Of a stretch of 64,000 bases of DNA, positions 17,065 to 27,907 are shown in pieces (positions within the stretch are counted from its first letter, which is position 1; the number at the start of each line of letters is the position of its first letter). The notes below the pieces were generated by a model. The model saw nothing but the letters and a program-made list of their open reading frames with translations. It was not told the DNA's origin and searched no databases. The stretch is from an uncultured Candidatus Saccharibacteria bacterium. GTDB taxonomy: Bacteria > Patescibacteriota > Minisyncoccia > Phycocordibacterales > UBA5272. The stretch lies in the NCBI GenBank assembly GCA_964546555.1, contig CAZJJX010000003.1:13139-77138 (forward strand), given 5' to 3'. The position numbers and the translations under genes were made by a program.

Positions 17065-17099
17065 CGCTTAATTTTATGGAAGTGTCGCCAAATCAAAGT
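17065..17099 (+). repeat. 35-bp direct repeat, copy 2 (intergenic)
   Basis: Identical to 16406-16440. Together the two copies bracket the 16461-16976 gene. Confidence 0.9.
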
Positions 17100-17227
17100 T
17101 GCTAGAAATATAGTTTTCTCAGGTTTAGTTTTTTAATAGAATCTAAAGTCTTTTACAGACCCACGAGGAGAGTTTGTTGTAAGTGCAATATGGTGACTAA
17201 GTTCAGAAATAAACTATTATTAAAGAT

Positions 17228-17755
17228 ATGAATCTTGAGCAAATAAAATCGCCTGAAAAATTTATTTTGAAAAAAGTTCTCCCAGAAGATTGGGAGAAAT
17301 TTAAGGAAATTCGTCTGTATGGATTACAGACTGATCCGCAAGCTTTCGGTAAAAGTTTTGAAAACGAGTCAAATGAAACTGATTCATATTGGAAGGAAAT
17401 GGTTTCTGGTTCTGAAAGAAGTTTCTATGTGGTCGAAGGTGGTCTAAAATTTATTGGTATAGCAGGATTAAAAAAGATGACTAGAGACAATTGGCAGATT
17501 GTTGCTGTTTATGTATTGCCAGAATTTCGTGGTCAGAATCTTTCTAAGCGGCTAATTGAACAAGTTATACATGAAGCAAAAATAAATAATGCTATCAAGG
17601 TTTCGCTAATAGTAAACACTAAACAAGAAAGTGCTGTTAATCTTTATAAGAAAATTGGTTTTGAAATTATTAACACCAAGAGAGATCAAATAATGGGTGA
17701 TGGCAAGACGTACGATGAATACTATATGGAAAAATCCCTCGAACCCAAAACCTAA
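17228..17755 (+). CDS. GNAT family N-acetyltransferase
   Basis: The acetyl-CoA binding region VYVLPEFRGQNLSKRLIEQVI matches the Q/RxxGxG/A-type motif, followed by LYKKIGFE. Confidence 0.8.
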   Translation: MNLEQIKSPEKFILKKVLPEDWEKFKEIRLYGLQTDPQAFGKSFENESNETDSYWKEMVSGSERSFYVVEGGLKFIGIAGLKKMTRDNWQIVAVYVLPEFRGQNLSKRLIEQVIHEAKINNAIKVSLIVNTKQESAVNLYKKIGFEIINTKRDQIMGDGKTYDEYYMEKSLEPKT

Positions 17756-17851
17756 GTTCAGGATTGTTATTATCATAATTCTCCAATAATTGTTATTTTA
17801 TGTGAAGAATCTAATATTCTCCCTCATTACATGATGTACAAATAAGAATAT

Positions 17852-17879
17852 AAAAACCGCGACAAGTTGTCGCGGTTTT
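17852..17879. terminator. bidirectional rho-independent terminator
   Basis: Stem ACCGCGACA/TGTCGCGGT is flanked by an A-run and a T-run. It lies between convergent genes. Confidence 0.6.
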
Positions 17880-17906
17880 GTCACCCTACACCAGATGGTA
17901 AAGAGC

Positions 17907-18434
17907 CTACTTCAGCTCAAAGCCCCGAGTGATACTCCCTTTGGGAACATGAAACTCATACTTTTTATCAACAGGTTTTTTACCAAAGAAGTTATGCCAC
18001 TCTTTGGCATACTCTAGGTTATAAACTCTGAGTTCGCCATCGTTACGGTCTTCCTCAAAGATAATGACCTCGCTCATCGAACCTTTCAACTTGTTTTGGT
18101 TGATAGAAGTTTTCTTGAAACCACCCTTGTGCTCGTAGAAGTATGTGTAGTAATGCTCACCAGAAATTTCCGCACTTCCCAGAATGAAACTACCATTGAG
18201 GTTGTCTTTGTCTTTCAAGCTAACAAGCTTGGTTAAGGAGTAGACATTCGACCATTTCGTGGGTATGAAATTTTCTCCAAAGCTAATAATCAGAAGTGAA
18301 AAAACCTGACAAGCTGCCCCTATGAGAAAAGCCTCAACAAATCGATTGAAGGCTCTTGTACTTCGATTAAGATACGAAGTAGCAAAAAATCCCACAATGA
18401 ATAAAAAGATAGGAATGAACAAGTATTGCGGCAT
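17907..18434 (-). CDS. hypothetical membrane protein
   Basis: I chose the internal ATG at 18434 (MPQYLFIPIFLF) with a purine-rich RBS upstream. There are two TM helices followed by a soluble domain. Confidence 0.5.
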   Translation of the reverse strand: MPQYLFIPIFLFIVGFFATSYLNRSTRAFNRFVEAFLIGAACQVFSLLIISFGENFIPTKWSNVYSLTKLVSLKDKDNLNGSFILGSAEISGEHYYTYFYEHKGGFKKTSINQNKLKGSMSEVIIFEEDRNDGELRVYNLEYAKEWHNFFGKKPVDKKYEFHVPKGSITRGFELK

Positions 18435-18861
18435 GGTGACCCTTTCTTTTGTAATTGAAATGAACGCAATAAATATTTTATAACATTTATTATAAAATGT
18501 CAAATTTTAAGGGTGAAAGTTCAACTAAAAAAATTGAGTATTTGTAATCGTAAAGTAAATGAATTTTACCTCTGTATTTACATATAATAAGGTTTGTATC
18601 TGTGATTGAGTAATGTAAGAACTTCGGTGAATACTGTTACAAAGTTCCTGGGCGTATTGACTCATAATTTGCAAGAATTGAGAAAGCAAGAAGAGTTTTT
18701 TGCATAATATTTTTAGAATAACAAAGAGCTTTCGGTTCGGTGTGTAGTTTGCTATCTGTTAATAGTCCTGCTTCTTGTAACGGTATTAGTGTTACACTAC
18801 AATAAGCGGGGTTAATCGTGCACACAAGATATTTCTTGTGCCCTCATAGCTACATAAAACT

Positions 18862-19788
18862 ATGAAATTATTTATGCGCGTGTTTTCAATTGTGTTTGTT
18901 GTTGGGTTCTTATCGTACCTAGCTTTGTATATCAGTAATCACAATATGGGAATATTAAATCCTAAAGGTGTGATTGCTGTAGCAGAAAAAAATCTTATAG
19001 TAACATCAGTGCTGCTTATGATGATTGTCATCGTGCCTGTTTTTGTCATGTTGTTTACGTTTGCTTGGCGATACAGAGCAAGTAATACAAAAGCAAAATA
19101 TACCCCAGAGTGGCACAACAACACTGCACTTGAAATTACATGGTGGGCTATACCTATTTGTATTATTGTGATACTTGGTACCATTACTTGGAAATCAACA
19201 CATGAACTTGACCCTTTTAAACCTCTTGATTCTTCGGTTAAACCACTCACCATTGAAGTAGTCGCGCTTGATTGGAAATGGCTTTTTATTTATCCAGAGC
19301 TCAATATTGCAACGGTTAACCTCCTTGTTGTACCTAATAATACACCGCTTAATTTTAGAATTACCGCTGATGCACCGATGAATGCATTTTGGATACCACA
19401 GCTTGGTACGCAGATTTATGCAATGCCAGGCATGGATTCTAAGCTACACCTCATGGCTCATGAAGAAGGCATCTATAAAGGTGTCTCATCAAACTTTAGT
19501 GGTGATGGTTTTGCTGGCATGAAATTCGACACCCATGTACTTTCTTCAAATGATTTTACTGCATGGCAAGCAATAGTAAAAACCAACCCATCAATACTTA
19601 CGCTTGAGGATTATAAAAATCTCTCAAAGCAATCTAAGAATAATGCAGTCGTGTACTATTCTTTTGTTGAGCCAAGATTATTTGATTCTATTATTATGAA
19701 GTTCATGTCTCCAGGTGGAATACGGTCACTTGGTACATCGACAAAGATGATGGATCACAGGGAAATGATGGAAGGAATGAATCACTAA
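18862..19788 (+). CDS. cyoA: cytochrome bo3-type quinol oxidase subunit II
   Basis: Two TM helices plus a cupredoxin domain. [19 protein letters not shown]...[13 protein letters not shown] parallels E. coli CyoA. The CuA Cys/His ligands are absent, which points to a quinol oxidase rather than a cytochrome c oxidase. Confidence 0.85.
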   Translation: MKLFMRVFSIVFVVGFLSYLALYISNHNMGILNPKGVIAVAEKNLIVTSVLLMMIVIVPVFVMLFTFAWRYRASNTKAKYTPEWHNNTALEITWWAIPICIIVILGTITWKSTHELDPFKPLDSSVKPLTIEVVALDWKWLFIYPELNIATVNLLVVPNNTPLNFRITADAPMNAFWIPQLGTQIYAMPGMDSKLHLMAHEEGIYKGVSSNFSGDGFAGMKFDTHVLSSNDFTAWQAIVKTNPSILTLEDYKNLSKQSKNNAVVYYSFVEPRLFDSIIMKFMSPGGIRSLGTSTKMMDHREMMEGMNH

Positions 19789-19819
19789 TTATTATAACTA
19801 TAAACGCAACTCATATACT

Positions 19820-21766
19820 ATGTTAGGAAAACTCTCACTGGAAGTTCTACCACATGACCCAATCGTTCTTGGAGCGACGGCGCTTATGGCATGTATTGTG
19901 ATTTTGGTATCTACTATTCTTACGAAGACAAAAAAGTGGGGATGGCTCTGGAATGATTGGGTTACCTCAGTTGATCACAAAAAAATCGGCATTATGTATC
20001 TTATTCTTGCGTTTGTTATGCTCATACGTGGGTTTATTGATGCTGTAATGATGCGTACACAGCAAGCTGTAGCTGTTGGAGGTAATATGGGATTCCTTCC
20101 ACCAGATCACTTTGATCAGATATTTACTGTGCACGGAGTGATTATGATCTTCTTTGTGGCGATGCCATTTATGTTTGGATTGATTAACTTAGCAGTTCCT
20201 CTTCAGATTGGTGCGCGTGATGTTGCGTTCCCATATCTTAATTCGATGAGTCTTTGGCTTACGATTATGGGGGCTCTTCTTGTTAACGTATCACTTTTCC
20301 TTGGGGACTTTGCTGCTGCTGGATGGCTTGCATATCCACCGCTCTCTGGTCTTGAGTTTAGTCCTGGCGTTGGTATGGATTATTATATCTGGGCTATACA
20401 ACTTTCCGGTGTAGGAACACTTCTTTCTGGTGTAAACTTCATTGCAACTATCTTTACGATGCGATGTAAAGGGATGACACTTATGCGAATGCCTGTGTTT
20501 ACATGGACGAGCTTAGCGGCTATGATTCTTGTTGTTATTATCTTCCCAATTTTAACAGTGACGCTTGCCCTTCTTGGTGCAGATAGAATATTTGGAATGC
20601 ATTTCTTCACGTCATCGTTTGGTGGTAATCCGATGATGTACGTTAATCTTATATGGGCATGGGGACATCCTGAAGTGTATGTTCTTATTTTGCCAGCATT
20701 TGGAATCTTTTCTGAAATAGTGGCGACGTTTTCTAAGAAGCGTTTGTTTGGTTATACGAGCATGATTTATGCAACGATTGCAATTACAGTGCTCTCGTTT
20801 TTGGTGTGGCTCCACCATTTCTTTACTATGGGGGCAGGGGCTAATGTTAATGCATTCTTCGGTATTATGACTATGATTATTGCGATACCAACGGGGGTAA
20901 AAATTTTCAACTGGCTCTTTACGATGTACAGAGGACGTATTACGTTTACTTCCCCAATGCTTTGGATGATGGGTTTTATTTTTACGTTTACCATAGGGGG
21001 GATGACAGGTGTGATGCTTGCTGTTCCGGGTATTGATTTTCAAGTCCATAATAGTCTTTTCCTTATCGCTCACTTCCACAACACAATTATCGGAGGGGTG
21101 GTGTTTGGTTATTTTGCTGGGCTTGTGTATTGGTTTCCAAAGTTTTTTGGATTTACTCTTAATGAGAAGTTCGGAAAACTTGCGTTTTGGCATTGGATTG
21201 TTGGTTTCTTTGTAACGTTCACCCCGCTCTATATTCTTGGTTTTATGGGTATGACTCGACGCTTACAGCATGTAAGTGATAAAGAGTGGCAACCACTTCT
21301 CATTGCTTCGCTTATTGGTGTTGGTATCATTGCGGTTGGTGTTGTTATGCAAGCAGTGCAGCTCATTGTGAGTATTAAAAATAAAAAGTTATACAAAGAT
21401 ACAACAGGGGATCCGTGGGACGGCAGAACACTCGAGTGGTCAACATCGTCACCTCCGCCAGTCTATAACTTTGCAGTGATTCCTGAAGTGTATGGTAGGC
21501 ATGCATTTTGGGATATGAAGTATAGTGATACCCATCCTGCAAAGAAGGCTACGTATCATGATATTGTTATGCCGAAGAATACACCGCTTGGTTTTTATAC
21601 AGCGATTATGGGCTTTGTAGTCTGCTTCTCTTTGGTGTGGCACATGTATGTAATTGCTTTACTTGCGATGGTTGCAATAATTGGACTTGTTATTTATCGA
21701 TCATACGAAAAAGAAACAGAGTATGTAATTAAGGCAGATGAATTACGTACACTTGAGCGTGTATAG
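19820..21766 (+). CDS. cyoB: quinol oxidase subunit I (heme-copper oxidase)
   Basis: 648 aa with heme-copper oxidase signatures [26 protein letters not shown] and HFHNTIIGG. Confidence 0.95.
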   Translation: MLGKLSLEVLPHDPIVLGATALMACIVILVSTILTKTKKWGWLWNDWVTSVDHKKIGIMYLILAFVMLIRGFIDAVMMRTQQAVAVGGNMGFLPPDHFDQIFTVHGVIMIFFVAMPFMFGLINLAVPLQIGARDVAFPYLNSMSLWLTIMGALLVNVSLFLGDFAAAGWLAYPPLSGLEFSPGVGMDYYIWAIQLSGVGTLLSGVNFIATIFTMRCKGMTLMRMPVFTWTSLAAMILVVIIFPILTVTLALLGADRIFGMHFFTSSFGGNPMMYVNLIWAWGHPEVYVLILPAFGIFSEIVATFSKKRLFGYTSMIYATIAITVLSFLVWLHHFFTMGAGANVNAFFGIMTMIIAIPTGVKIFNWLFTMYRGRITFTSPMLWMMGFIFTFTIGGMTGVMLAVPGIDFQVHNSLFLIAHFHNTIIGGVVFGYFAGLVYWFPKFFGFTLNEKFGKLAFWHWIVGFFVTFTPLYILGFMGMTRRLQHVSDKEWQPLLIASLIGVGIIAVGVVMQAVQLIVSIKNKKLYKDTTGDPWDGRTLEWSTSSPPPVYNFAVIPEVYGRHAFWDMKYSDTHPAKKATYHDIVMPKNTPLGFYTAIMGFVVCFSLVWHMYVIALLAMVAIIGLVIYRSYEKETEYVIKADELRTLERV

Positions 21767-21786
21767 CAATAATTATTACGACTACT

Positions 21787-22401
21787 ATGAAAAAAAACGA
21801 ACACACACATCAGTTAGCTCATCACGAGGAAGTAACACACGATGAACAAGGAAGATCACTTTTTGGATTCTGGGTTTATATCATGAGTGACTGTCTTTTG
21901 TTTGCAAGTATTTTCGCAACGTATGCAGTGCTTAGGAACAGTACCTTTGATGGCCCAACAGGAAAAGAATTATTCAGCATGCCTTTTGTGCTTACTGAGA
22001 CATTCCTTCTTTTGGCAAGTACTTTTACATACGGTCTTGTCACTATTTTTGCTTACCACAAAAAGAGTAAGACACAGTTACTTACATGGATGTCGGTAAC
22101 ATTCCTCCTTGGTGCCGCATTTATTAGTATGGAAATCTATGAGTTTGTGTCACTTATACGAGATGGTCACGGGCCACAGGTAAGCGCATTTCTTTCGGCG
22201 TTCTTTGTGCTTGTAGGTACTCATGGCCTCCATGTATTTGCTGGACTTATATGGATGGCAAGTGTGTTTTTTCAGGTGCTTACTCGACCTCTTACTCCTA
22301 AGCTTGTCGGCAACATCTCAATGCTTGGAATCTTTTGGCATTTCCTTGATATTATATGGATCTTTATTTTTACAATTGTGTATTTAGTGGGATTGCTTTA
22401 A
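21787..22401 (+). CDS. cyoC: quinol oxidase subunit III
   Basis: 204 aa with 5 TM helices. FFVLVGTHGLHVFAGLIW and FWHFLDIIWIFIF are typical of subunit III. Confidence 0.85.
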   Translation: MKKNEHTHQLAHHEEVTHDEQGRSLFGFWVYIMSDCLLFASIFATYAVLRNSTFDGPTGKELFSMPFVLTETFLLLASTFTYGLVTIFAYHKKSKTQLLTWMSVTFLLGAAFISMEIYEFVSLIRDGHGPQVSAFLSAFFVLVGTHGLHVFAGLIWMASVFFQVLTRPLTPKLVGNISMLGIFWHFLDIIWIFIFTIVYLVGLL

Positions 22402-22416
22402 TTTTTATACAACACT

Positions 22417-22794
22417 ATGCAAAAATCATTTGAAGTTATTGATGAAAAGTTTGAATCATCTCGTAATGCTGTCTTGTCATACGTGACAGGTTTTTTACTG
22501 TCTATTTTTTTGACAGTGATCCCTTATACGATGGTGACAGAGGGTATGCTTACACGAACAGGCCTCCTTGTTGCAGTGAGCCTGTTTGCCGTTGCTCAGT
22601 TTATTGTACAGATACTATTTTTCCTTCACTTACCTGCAAAACATAAGCCGTACTGGAATATCATAGTTTTTATATATACGATACTTATTGTTCTATTTTT
22701 TGTGATAGGTTCTATGTGGATTATGTATCATCTTAATATGAATCTTATGGGTACATCTCCATTTCATTCTAACGAAGGTTTTATTCCACAATAA
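22417..22794 (+). CDS. cyoD: quinol oxidase subunit IV
   Basis: 125 aa with 3 TM helices. Its operon position and the YVTGFLLSIFLTVIPY pattern fit subunit IV. Confidence 0.7.
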   Translation: MQKSFEVIDEKFESSRNAVLSYVTGFLLSIFLTVIPYTMVTEGMLTRTGLLVAVSLFAVAQFIVQILFFLHLPAKHKPYWNIIVFIYTILIVLFFVIGSMWIMYHLNMNLMGTSPFHSNEGFIPQ

Positions 22795-22812
22795 AACTTA
22801 CTTTAACTTTAA

Positions 22813-23676
22813 ATGCTAAGAGATTATTACACTCTTACGAAACCGGGTATCATGTATGGGAACGCACTTACTGTGGTTACGGGGTTTGTGCTTGCTTCTT
22901 ATGGCGGGGTCGATTGGCGACTTTTAGCGGTTACAACTATCGGTCTTTCTCTTGTTGTTGCGTCAGGATGTGTGTTTAATAATATTATCGATAGAGATAT
23001 TGACGCCCTCATGGAGCGAACAAAATCAAGACCCCTTGTAAGGGGTGTTATCAAAAAAGATCATGCATTTCTTTTTGGTACCATGCTCCTTATTCTTGGA
23101 ATAGTGGTACTTATGGTTGCAACTAATTGGCTTGCTGTTGTTGCTGCTTTAGTTGGATTTTTTGTGTATGTAGTTGTATATAGTTTATGGCTTAAAAGAA
23201 ACTCGGTACACAGTACCCTTATTGGAGGTATATCAGGAGCGATACCTCCGCTTGTAGGCTATGTTGCAGTAAATGGCACAATTGACATTGTTGCTGTACT
23301 ACTTTTTGTGGTTATGGTTGTGTGGCAAGTGCCTCATTCCTTTGCAATTGCATTATACCGTCTCTCAGATTATGAAAAAGCAAATATTGCGGTCTTTCCT
23401 GTTAAGTGTGGAATATATGCAACAAAAGTACGCATGAGTATCTATGTGCTTTTATTTATGGTGAGTACCTATTATCTTGCAAAATATAGTTATCTTGGAA
23501 CGTATTATATTTATACAATGGTTGCGCTTAGTGTAATGTGGTTTGTGACAAGTGTACACTTCTTGCATCAAAAAAGTCTAGAGAGAAAAATAGCGAGAAA
23601 GTTTTTCTTCTATTCAATTCTCATTCTTTTTGTGTGGTGTTGTATGATAATTTTTGATAGATTACTTCATACATAG
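22813..23676 (+). CDS. cyoE: protoheme IX farnesyltransferase (heme O synthase)
   Basis: UbiA-family polytopic protein with NNIIDRDIDALMERTKSRPL (NxxxDxxxD). It lies directly downstream of cyoABCD. Confidence 0.85.
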   Translation: MLRDYYTLTKPGIMYGNALTVVTGFVLASYGGVDWRLLAVTTIGLSLVVASGCVFNNIIDRDIDALMERTKSRPLVRGVIKKDHAFLFGTMLLILGIVVLMVATNWLAVVAALVGFFVYVVVYSLWLKRNSVHSTLIGGISGAIPPLVGYVAVNGTIDIVAVLLFVVMVVWQVPHSFAIALYRLSDYEKANIAVFPVKCGIYATKVRMSIYVLLFMVSTYYLAKYSYLGTYYIYTMVALSVMWFVTSVHFLHQKSLERKIARKFFFYSILILFVWCCMIIFDRLLHT

Positions 23677-23687
23677 TTTTTCTATTT

Positions 23688-24668
23688 ATGAAACCATTTA
23701 GATTATTTATCGGAGGTGTCGGTGCCATACTTATAATCTTAGGTGTTTTTTATACAGTAAATACATTGAATTTTAGAAATAACAAAGCATCTCGTGTGTA
23801 TCTTCGAGAGGCTTCTTCGTCTACTACAAATTCACATGTAATTAAACAAGGTACATCTAGTGCGGCATTGCTTTTTATTGGCGATATGATGTTTGATCGT
23901 TATATAAGATTAAAACAGGCAACGTACGGTGATGATTATGTTTTTTCTTGTATGGGAGATTTGCTTGCTGGGCGTGATCTTATTATTGGGAACTTAGAAG
24001 GACCTATTACAAAGGCGTCGTCCACTAGCCTTGGTTCTGTGATTGGTAGTAAAGAAAATTACTCTTTTACCTTCCCTACCTCAACAGCTAAACTACTTTC
24101 GCGTCATGGTATAACAGTGGTTAATTTAGGTAATAACCATACGCTTAATAAGGGGGTGCAAGGTTTTGCAAGTACAAAAGCATATCTTCGTGATGCGGGT
24201 GTGGAATATTTTGGTGGTTTTGATGAAGCGTCGCTTGTGCTACAAAAGACAGTTAAAGGAATCCCGTTTTCATTTGTTAATTATAATCAGTTCGGAGGGT
24301 CTTCGCCTGAAATTGTCTCGCGCACTATCAAGGAAGAAAAAGCAAAAGGTAGAATTGTCATCGTGTATACCCATTGGGGAGATGAGTATACAGATGTTAC
24401 GAACTCTGTAAGAGATAAAGCAAAGCTCTTTGTTGCAAGTGGGGCTTCTTTGATTATTGGTACCCATCCGCATGTTATACAGCGTCATGAAGTGATTGAA
24501 GGTGTTCCTGTCTACTATTCATTAGGTAATTTTATTTTTGATCAATATTTTCAAGATGACGTCATGGAAGGGCTTGCAGTACTTGTAACTTTTGATGAAA
24601 GTCGTGCTAGTAGGACAAAAGAATATCGAGTTGCTCTTTTAAAAGATGGTAGAACTTGTTTGAAATAG
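23688..24668 (+). CDS. CapA-family metallophosphatase (PGA_cap domain)
   Basis: N-terminal TM helix plus the motifs FIGDMMFDR, GNLEGPIT, NLGNNH, HWGDEY and GTHPHV. Confidence 0.75.
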   Translation: MKPFRLFIGGVGAILIILGVFYTVNTLNFRNNKASRVYLREASSSTTNSHVIKQGTSSAALLFIGDMMFDRYIRLKQATYGDDYVFSCMGDLLAGRDLIIGNLEGPITKASSTSLGSVIGSKENYSFTFPTSTAKLLSRHGITVVNLGNNHTLNKGVQGFASTKAYLRDAGVEYFGGFDEASLVLQKTVKGIPFSFVNYNQFGGSSPEIVSRTIKEEKAKGRIVIVYTHWGDEYTDVTNSVRDKAKLFVASGASLIIGTHPHVIQRHEVIEGVPVYYSLGNFIFDQYFQDDVMEGLAVLVTFDESRASRTKEYRVALLKDGRTCLK

Positions 24669-24683
24669 TATACTGACTAAGAA

Positions 24684-25973
24684 ATGCCCAAAACTACTAA
24701 GAAAGAATTACAAGAAACGACTCCTTATCAGAAAAACTATGACGTCATTGTTATTGGTGGGGGTGCGTCAGGACTTATGGCTTCTGTTGTTGCGGCACAA
24801 AGAGGTGCAAAAGTTCTTCTTGTTGAAAAAAATAAAAGACTTGGCGAGAAACTAAGGGTTACAGGAGGAGGAAGGTGTAATATTTTAAACGCAGAAGAGA
24901 ATGAAAAAATCCTTCTTAAAAAATATGGAAAAGCAGAGCAATTTCTCTATACTCCATTTTCAATGTTTGGTGTAAAAGAAGCAGTATCATTTTTTAATGA
25001 GCGAGGTATGAAACTTGTAGTTGAACATGCAAAGCGTGCTTTTCCTAGTACTTATCGAGCAGAAGATGTTGCTCTGCTTTTTGAAAGAGAATTAAGAAAA
25101 TACGCAGTTGAAGTGCTCTGTTCTACGACAATTGACTCAGTGCATAGTGAAAATGGGGAAATACGGTATGTTGCCAGTAAAGGTAAGAAGTACTATGCGC
25201 ACAACTACATTATCGCAACGGGAAGTCTTTCACATAAGGAAACCGGATCAACTGGCGATGGATATTTATGGCTTAATAAACTAGGGCACACTGTAAAAAA
25301 ACCGACCCCGTCGATTGTTCCGCTTGTTGTTAAAGAGTCCTGGGTAAAAGATATATCAGGTACGTCACTTGATAATGCGAAAATAACATTCTTTGTCGAT
25401 AATATAAAATCTTTTAGTGTTTCTGGGAGAATACTTTTTACACATTTTGGCTTATCGGGGCCGCTTATTCTTAATAATGCTACAAAAGTAGCCGACCTTC
25501 TGTATGTAGGAAATGTTACCGCAGAGATCGATATGGATCCGAAAAAAGATTTTTCGGTTTTGGAACAAGAGATATTGATATTTTTTGACAAACACAAAAA
25601 TAAAACATTTAAAAATATTATAAAAGATATAACGCCGCCCGGAATGCATAAGGGAATCATAGAGGTTTTGGAACAGTATATTGATGTATCAAAAAAAGTT
25701 CATTCTATAACTAAGGAGGAAAGAAAAAAAATTATTCATATAATAAAAGCACTTCCTCTTACAATTGAAGGTCTTGCTGGGTTTGATAAAGCAGTTATTG
25801 CCGATGGAGGGCTTTTGCTTACTGAAATTGATATGAAAACAATGAGGTCAAGAAAAATAAATAATCTTCTTGTGACTGGAGATATTATTGATATTAACCG
25901 ACCTTCTGGAGGTTACTCTCTTATGCTATGTTGGACTACTGGATATATTGCTGGGTGCAGTGTATCATCGTAG
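24684..25973 (+). CDS. HI0933/BaiN-like NAD(P)/FAD-dependent oxidoreductase
   Basis: Has the FAD-binding segment YDVIVIGGGASGLMAS and the family signature TGGGRCNILN. Confidence 0.8.
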   Translation: MPKTTKKELQETTPYQKNYDVIVIGGGASGLMASVVAAQRGAKVLLVEKNKRLGEKLRVTGGGRCNILNAEENEKILLKKYGKAEQFLYTPFSMFGVKEAVSFFNERGMKLVVEHAKRAFPSTYRAEDVALLFERELRKYAVEVLCSTTIDSVHSENGEIRYVASKGKKYYAHNYIIATGSLSHKETGSTGDGYLWLNKLGHTVKKPTPSIVPLVVKESWVKDISGTSLDNAKITFFVDNIKSFSVSGRILFTHFGLSGPLILNNATKVADLLYVGNVTAEIDMDPKKDFSVLEQEILIFFDKHKNKTFKNIIKDITPPGMHKGIIEVLEQYIDVSKKVHSITKEERKKIIHIIKALPLTIEGLAGFDKAVIADGGLLLTEIDMKTMRSRKINNLLVTGDIIDINRPSGGYSLMLCWTTGYIAGCSVSS

Positions 25974-25976
25974 GTA

Positions 25977-26663
25977 ATGAGGTTGTTACCTATGAAAAAT
26001 GATTTAGCTATTGATCAGGAGTGGAAAGAAAAAATGAAAGACTTCCTAGTAACAGATACATGTGATAAGCTTTTTTCTTTTGTTTATGAAGAATATAACA
26101 ATAAGCAAGTTTTCCCTCAGCTTAAAAATATTTTTAGAGCGTTTAACGAGACTCCTTTTTCTCAGGTTCGTGTTGTTATTGTAGGACAAGACCCTTATCA
26201 TAACGACAATCAAGCAAATGGTCTTTCGTTTTCTGTTGAAGAAGGTCTTCCGCTCCCTCCTTCTCTTAAAAATATCTATAAAGAAATAGAAAAAGATATC
26301 GGTATATGTAAAGCGTCACCCTCAGGCGATCTTAGTGTATGGGCTAGGCAAGGTGTTTTCCTTCTTAATGCTGTTCTTACGGTTGTTGCGCACACTCCTA
26401 CCTCACATCAAGGGAAGGGTTGGGAAGTATTCACTGATACTGTTATAAAAAAGTTATCAGATGACGGAGATGCTATTGTGTTTTTGTTATGGGGAAATTT
26501 TGCACGTAGTAAGAAGCCACTTATCGACCCAAAGAAACATCTTATCCTTGAAGCATCTCATCCGTCACCATTTTCTGCTTATTCTGGCTTTTTTGGGTGT
26601 AAGCATTTTTCACAATGTAATGCATATTTAGAGAAGCACGGCAAAAAGCCAATTTGCTGGTAG
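25977..26663 (+). CDS. ung: uracil-DNA glycosylase (family 1)
   Basis: Contains the catalytic GQDPYH motif, the LLLN-type segment FLLNAVLTV, and HPSPFSA. Confidence 0.9.
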   Translation: MRLLPMKNDLAIDQEWKEKMKDFLVTDTCDKLFSFVYEEYNNKQVFPQLKNIFRAFNETPFSQVRVVIVGQDPYHNDNQANGLSFSVEEGLPLPPSLKNIYKEIEKDIGICKASPSGDLSVWARQGVFLLNAVLTVVAHTPTSHQGKGWEVFTDTVIKKLSDDGDAIVFLLWGNFARSKKPLIDPKKHLILEASHPSPFSAYSGFFGCKHFSQCNAYLEKHGKKPICW

Positions 26664-26729
26664 TGTCACACTGTATCTTTCTGGTCTGTTATATGTACTA
26701 TAAGGGGATACCCGTAAAAACATAATTAT

Positions 26730-27854
26730 ATGAAAAAAAGACTACTCACCATAACGTGCCTTACTATTATAGGTATATCAACAAATGCTTTATTTGCAGA
26801 TAATAGTGTAACTATTCCAGCCGTTCCGTTGATTTCATCGGTTGGGGTTGCAAAAGAAAGCGATGATATTGTTACGCTTCCTCAGTATCGTAATGTAAAA
26901 AAGCAACGTGTAGATTCATTGGTTAAAGAAAGAATCACTTCACTTTCGGTCAACCTAAAAGCAATAGAAGGTGATAAGTTACTTACTACAGAACAAAAGA
27001 CCAGTTTTGCAACAAGAATTAATGCAACTATTACAGGCCTCCAAGCGCTTAGAGATTCAGCATCTTCAACGGATGCAACGACAACACGTGAGATAGCGCG
27101 AAAAGTTATTAATGATTATCGAATTTATGGCGTTTTCTTACCTCAGATCCGTACAGAAAAAAGAATCTACGATCTGCAAAGTCATGCAGCAACACTTACG
27201 GAGAGATTTGCTAAGATTCAAGAATCTATTGATGATTACAAAGGTAAAGGTCGAGATGTAACCGTATGGCAAAAGAACTTGGATGATGCAAAACTTGTTG
27301 TTGCAAGTGATACGATGAGACTTTCTGCACTTTTGACAAAAGTAGTTGCTCTTAAGCCATCTGATTATGGTACTACAACAAAAGAAACTATCGAATTTGC
27401 TAATCAAGAGCTAAAAAGTATTCAGAAAGATTTCTTGAAACTTAGAAATACCATACACAAACCAAAACAGTTAGCTTTAATTCCAAAAAATAAGCAAAAA
27501 GAACACAACGATCGTGTATCGTCTATTCTTACAAAAACCTCATGGGTCTGGGTTTCATCTACAATAGCAAACACAACTACTCAAGCCCCAAATGGTGAAA
27601 AGTTTGTTCTCTCATTTGGTGAAGATAATCGTGTAAGTAGTAAGACAGATTGTAACGGTGTAGGTGGTTCTTATACTGTAGGGGCAAATAACACACTTAC
27701 TTTTGGGCCATTTATGTCGACAATGATGTTCTGTGAAGGTTCAAAAGAGCAAGAATACTCATCTTCACTAATGAAGACAACCTCATTTTCAATTACTGAT
27801 AAAGTGCTTACGCTTACAAATGCTTCAGGAACAATGATGTTTATCAAAAAATAG
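26730..27854 (+). CDS. secreted protein with C-terminal META domain
   Basis: Signal peptide, then a long helical region, then WVWVSS...TDCNGVGGSYTVG...MMFCEG, which is META/HslJ-like. Confidence 0.65.
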   Translation: MKKRLLTITCLTIIGISTNALFADNSVTIPAVPLISSVGVAKESDDIVTLPQYRNVKKQRVDSLVKERITSLSVNLKAIEGDKLLTTEQKTSFATRINATITGLQALRDSASSTDATTTREIARKVINDYRIYGVFLPQIRTEKRIYDLQSHAATLTERFAKIQESIDDYKGKGRDVTVWQKNLDDAKLVVASDTMRLSALLTKVVALKPSDYGTTTKETIEFANQELKSIQKDFLKLRNTIHKPKQLALIPKNKQKEHNDRVSSILTKTSWVWVSSTIANTTTQAPNGEKFVLSFGEDNRVSSKTDCNGVGGSYTVGANNTLTFGPFMSTMMFCEGSKEQEYSSSLMKTTSFSITDKVLTLTNASGTMMFIKK

Positions 27855-27907
27855 TAAGTATAAGACTTTCATGTTTACAAAAATACAGGCAATGCCTGTT
27901 TTTTGTT

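Noticed and set aside
18637-18825. 62-aa minus-strand ORF in the long cyoA upstream region
   Set aside because: It has no RBS or recognisable features and lies in the probable promoter/leader of the cyo operon. Treated as non-coding.
20612-21193. 193-aa minus-strand ORF (plus 20383-20610, 20767-20994 and 21449-21643) antisense to cyoB
   Set aside because: All are fully embedded antisense to a highly conserved heme-copper oxidase gene. Their composition (His/Lys/Arg/Asn-rich) mirrors the complement of hydrophobic codons. They are shadow ORFs.
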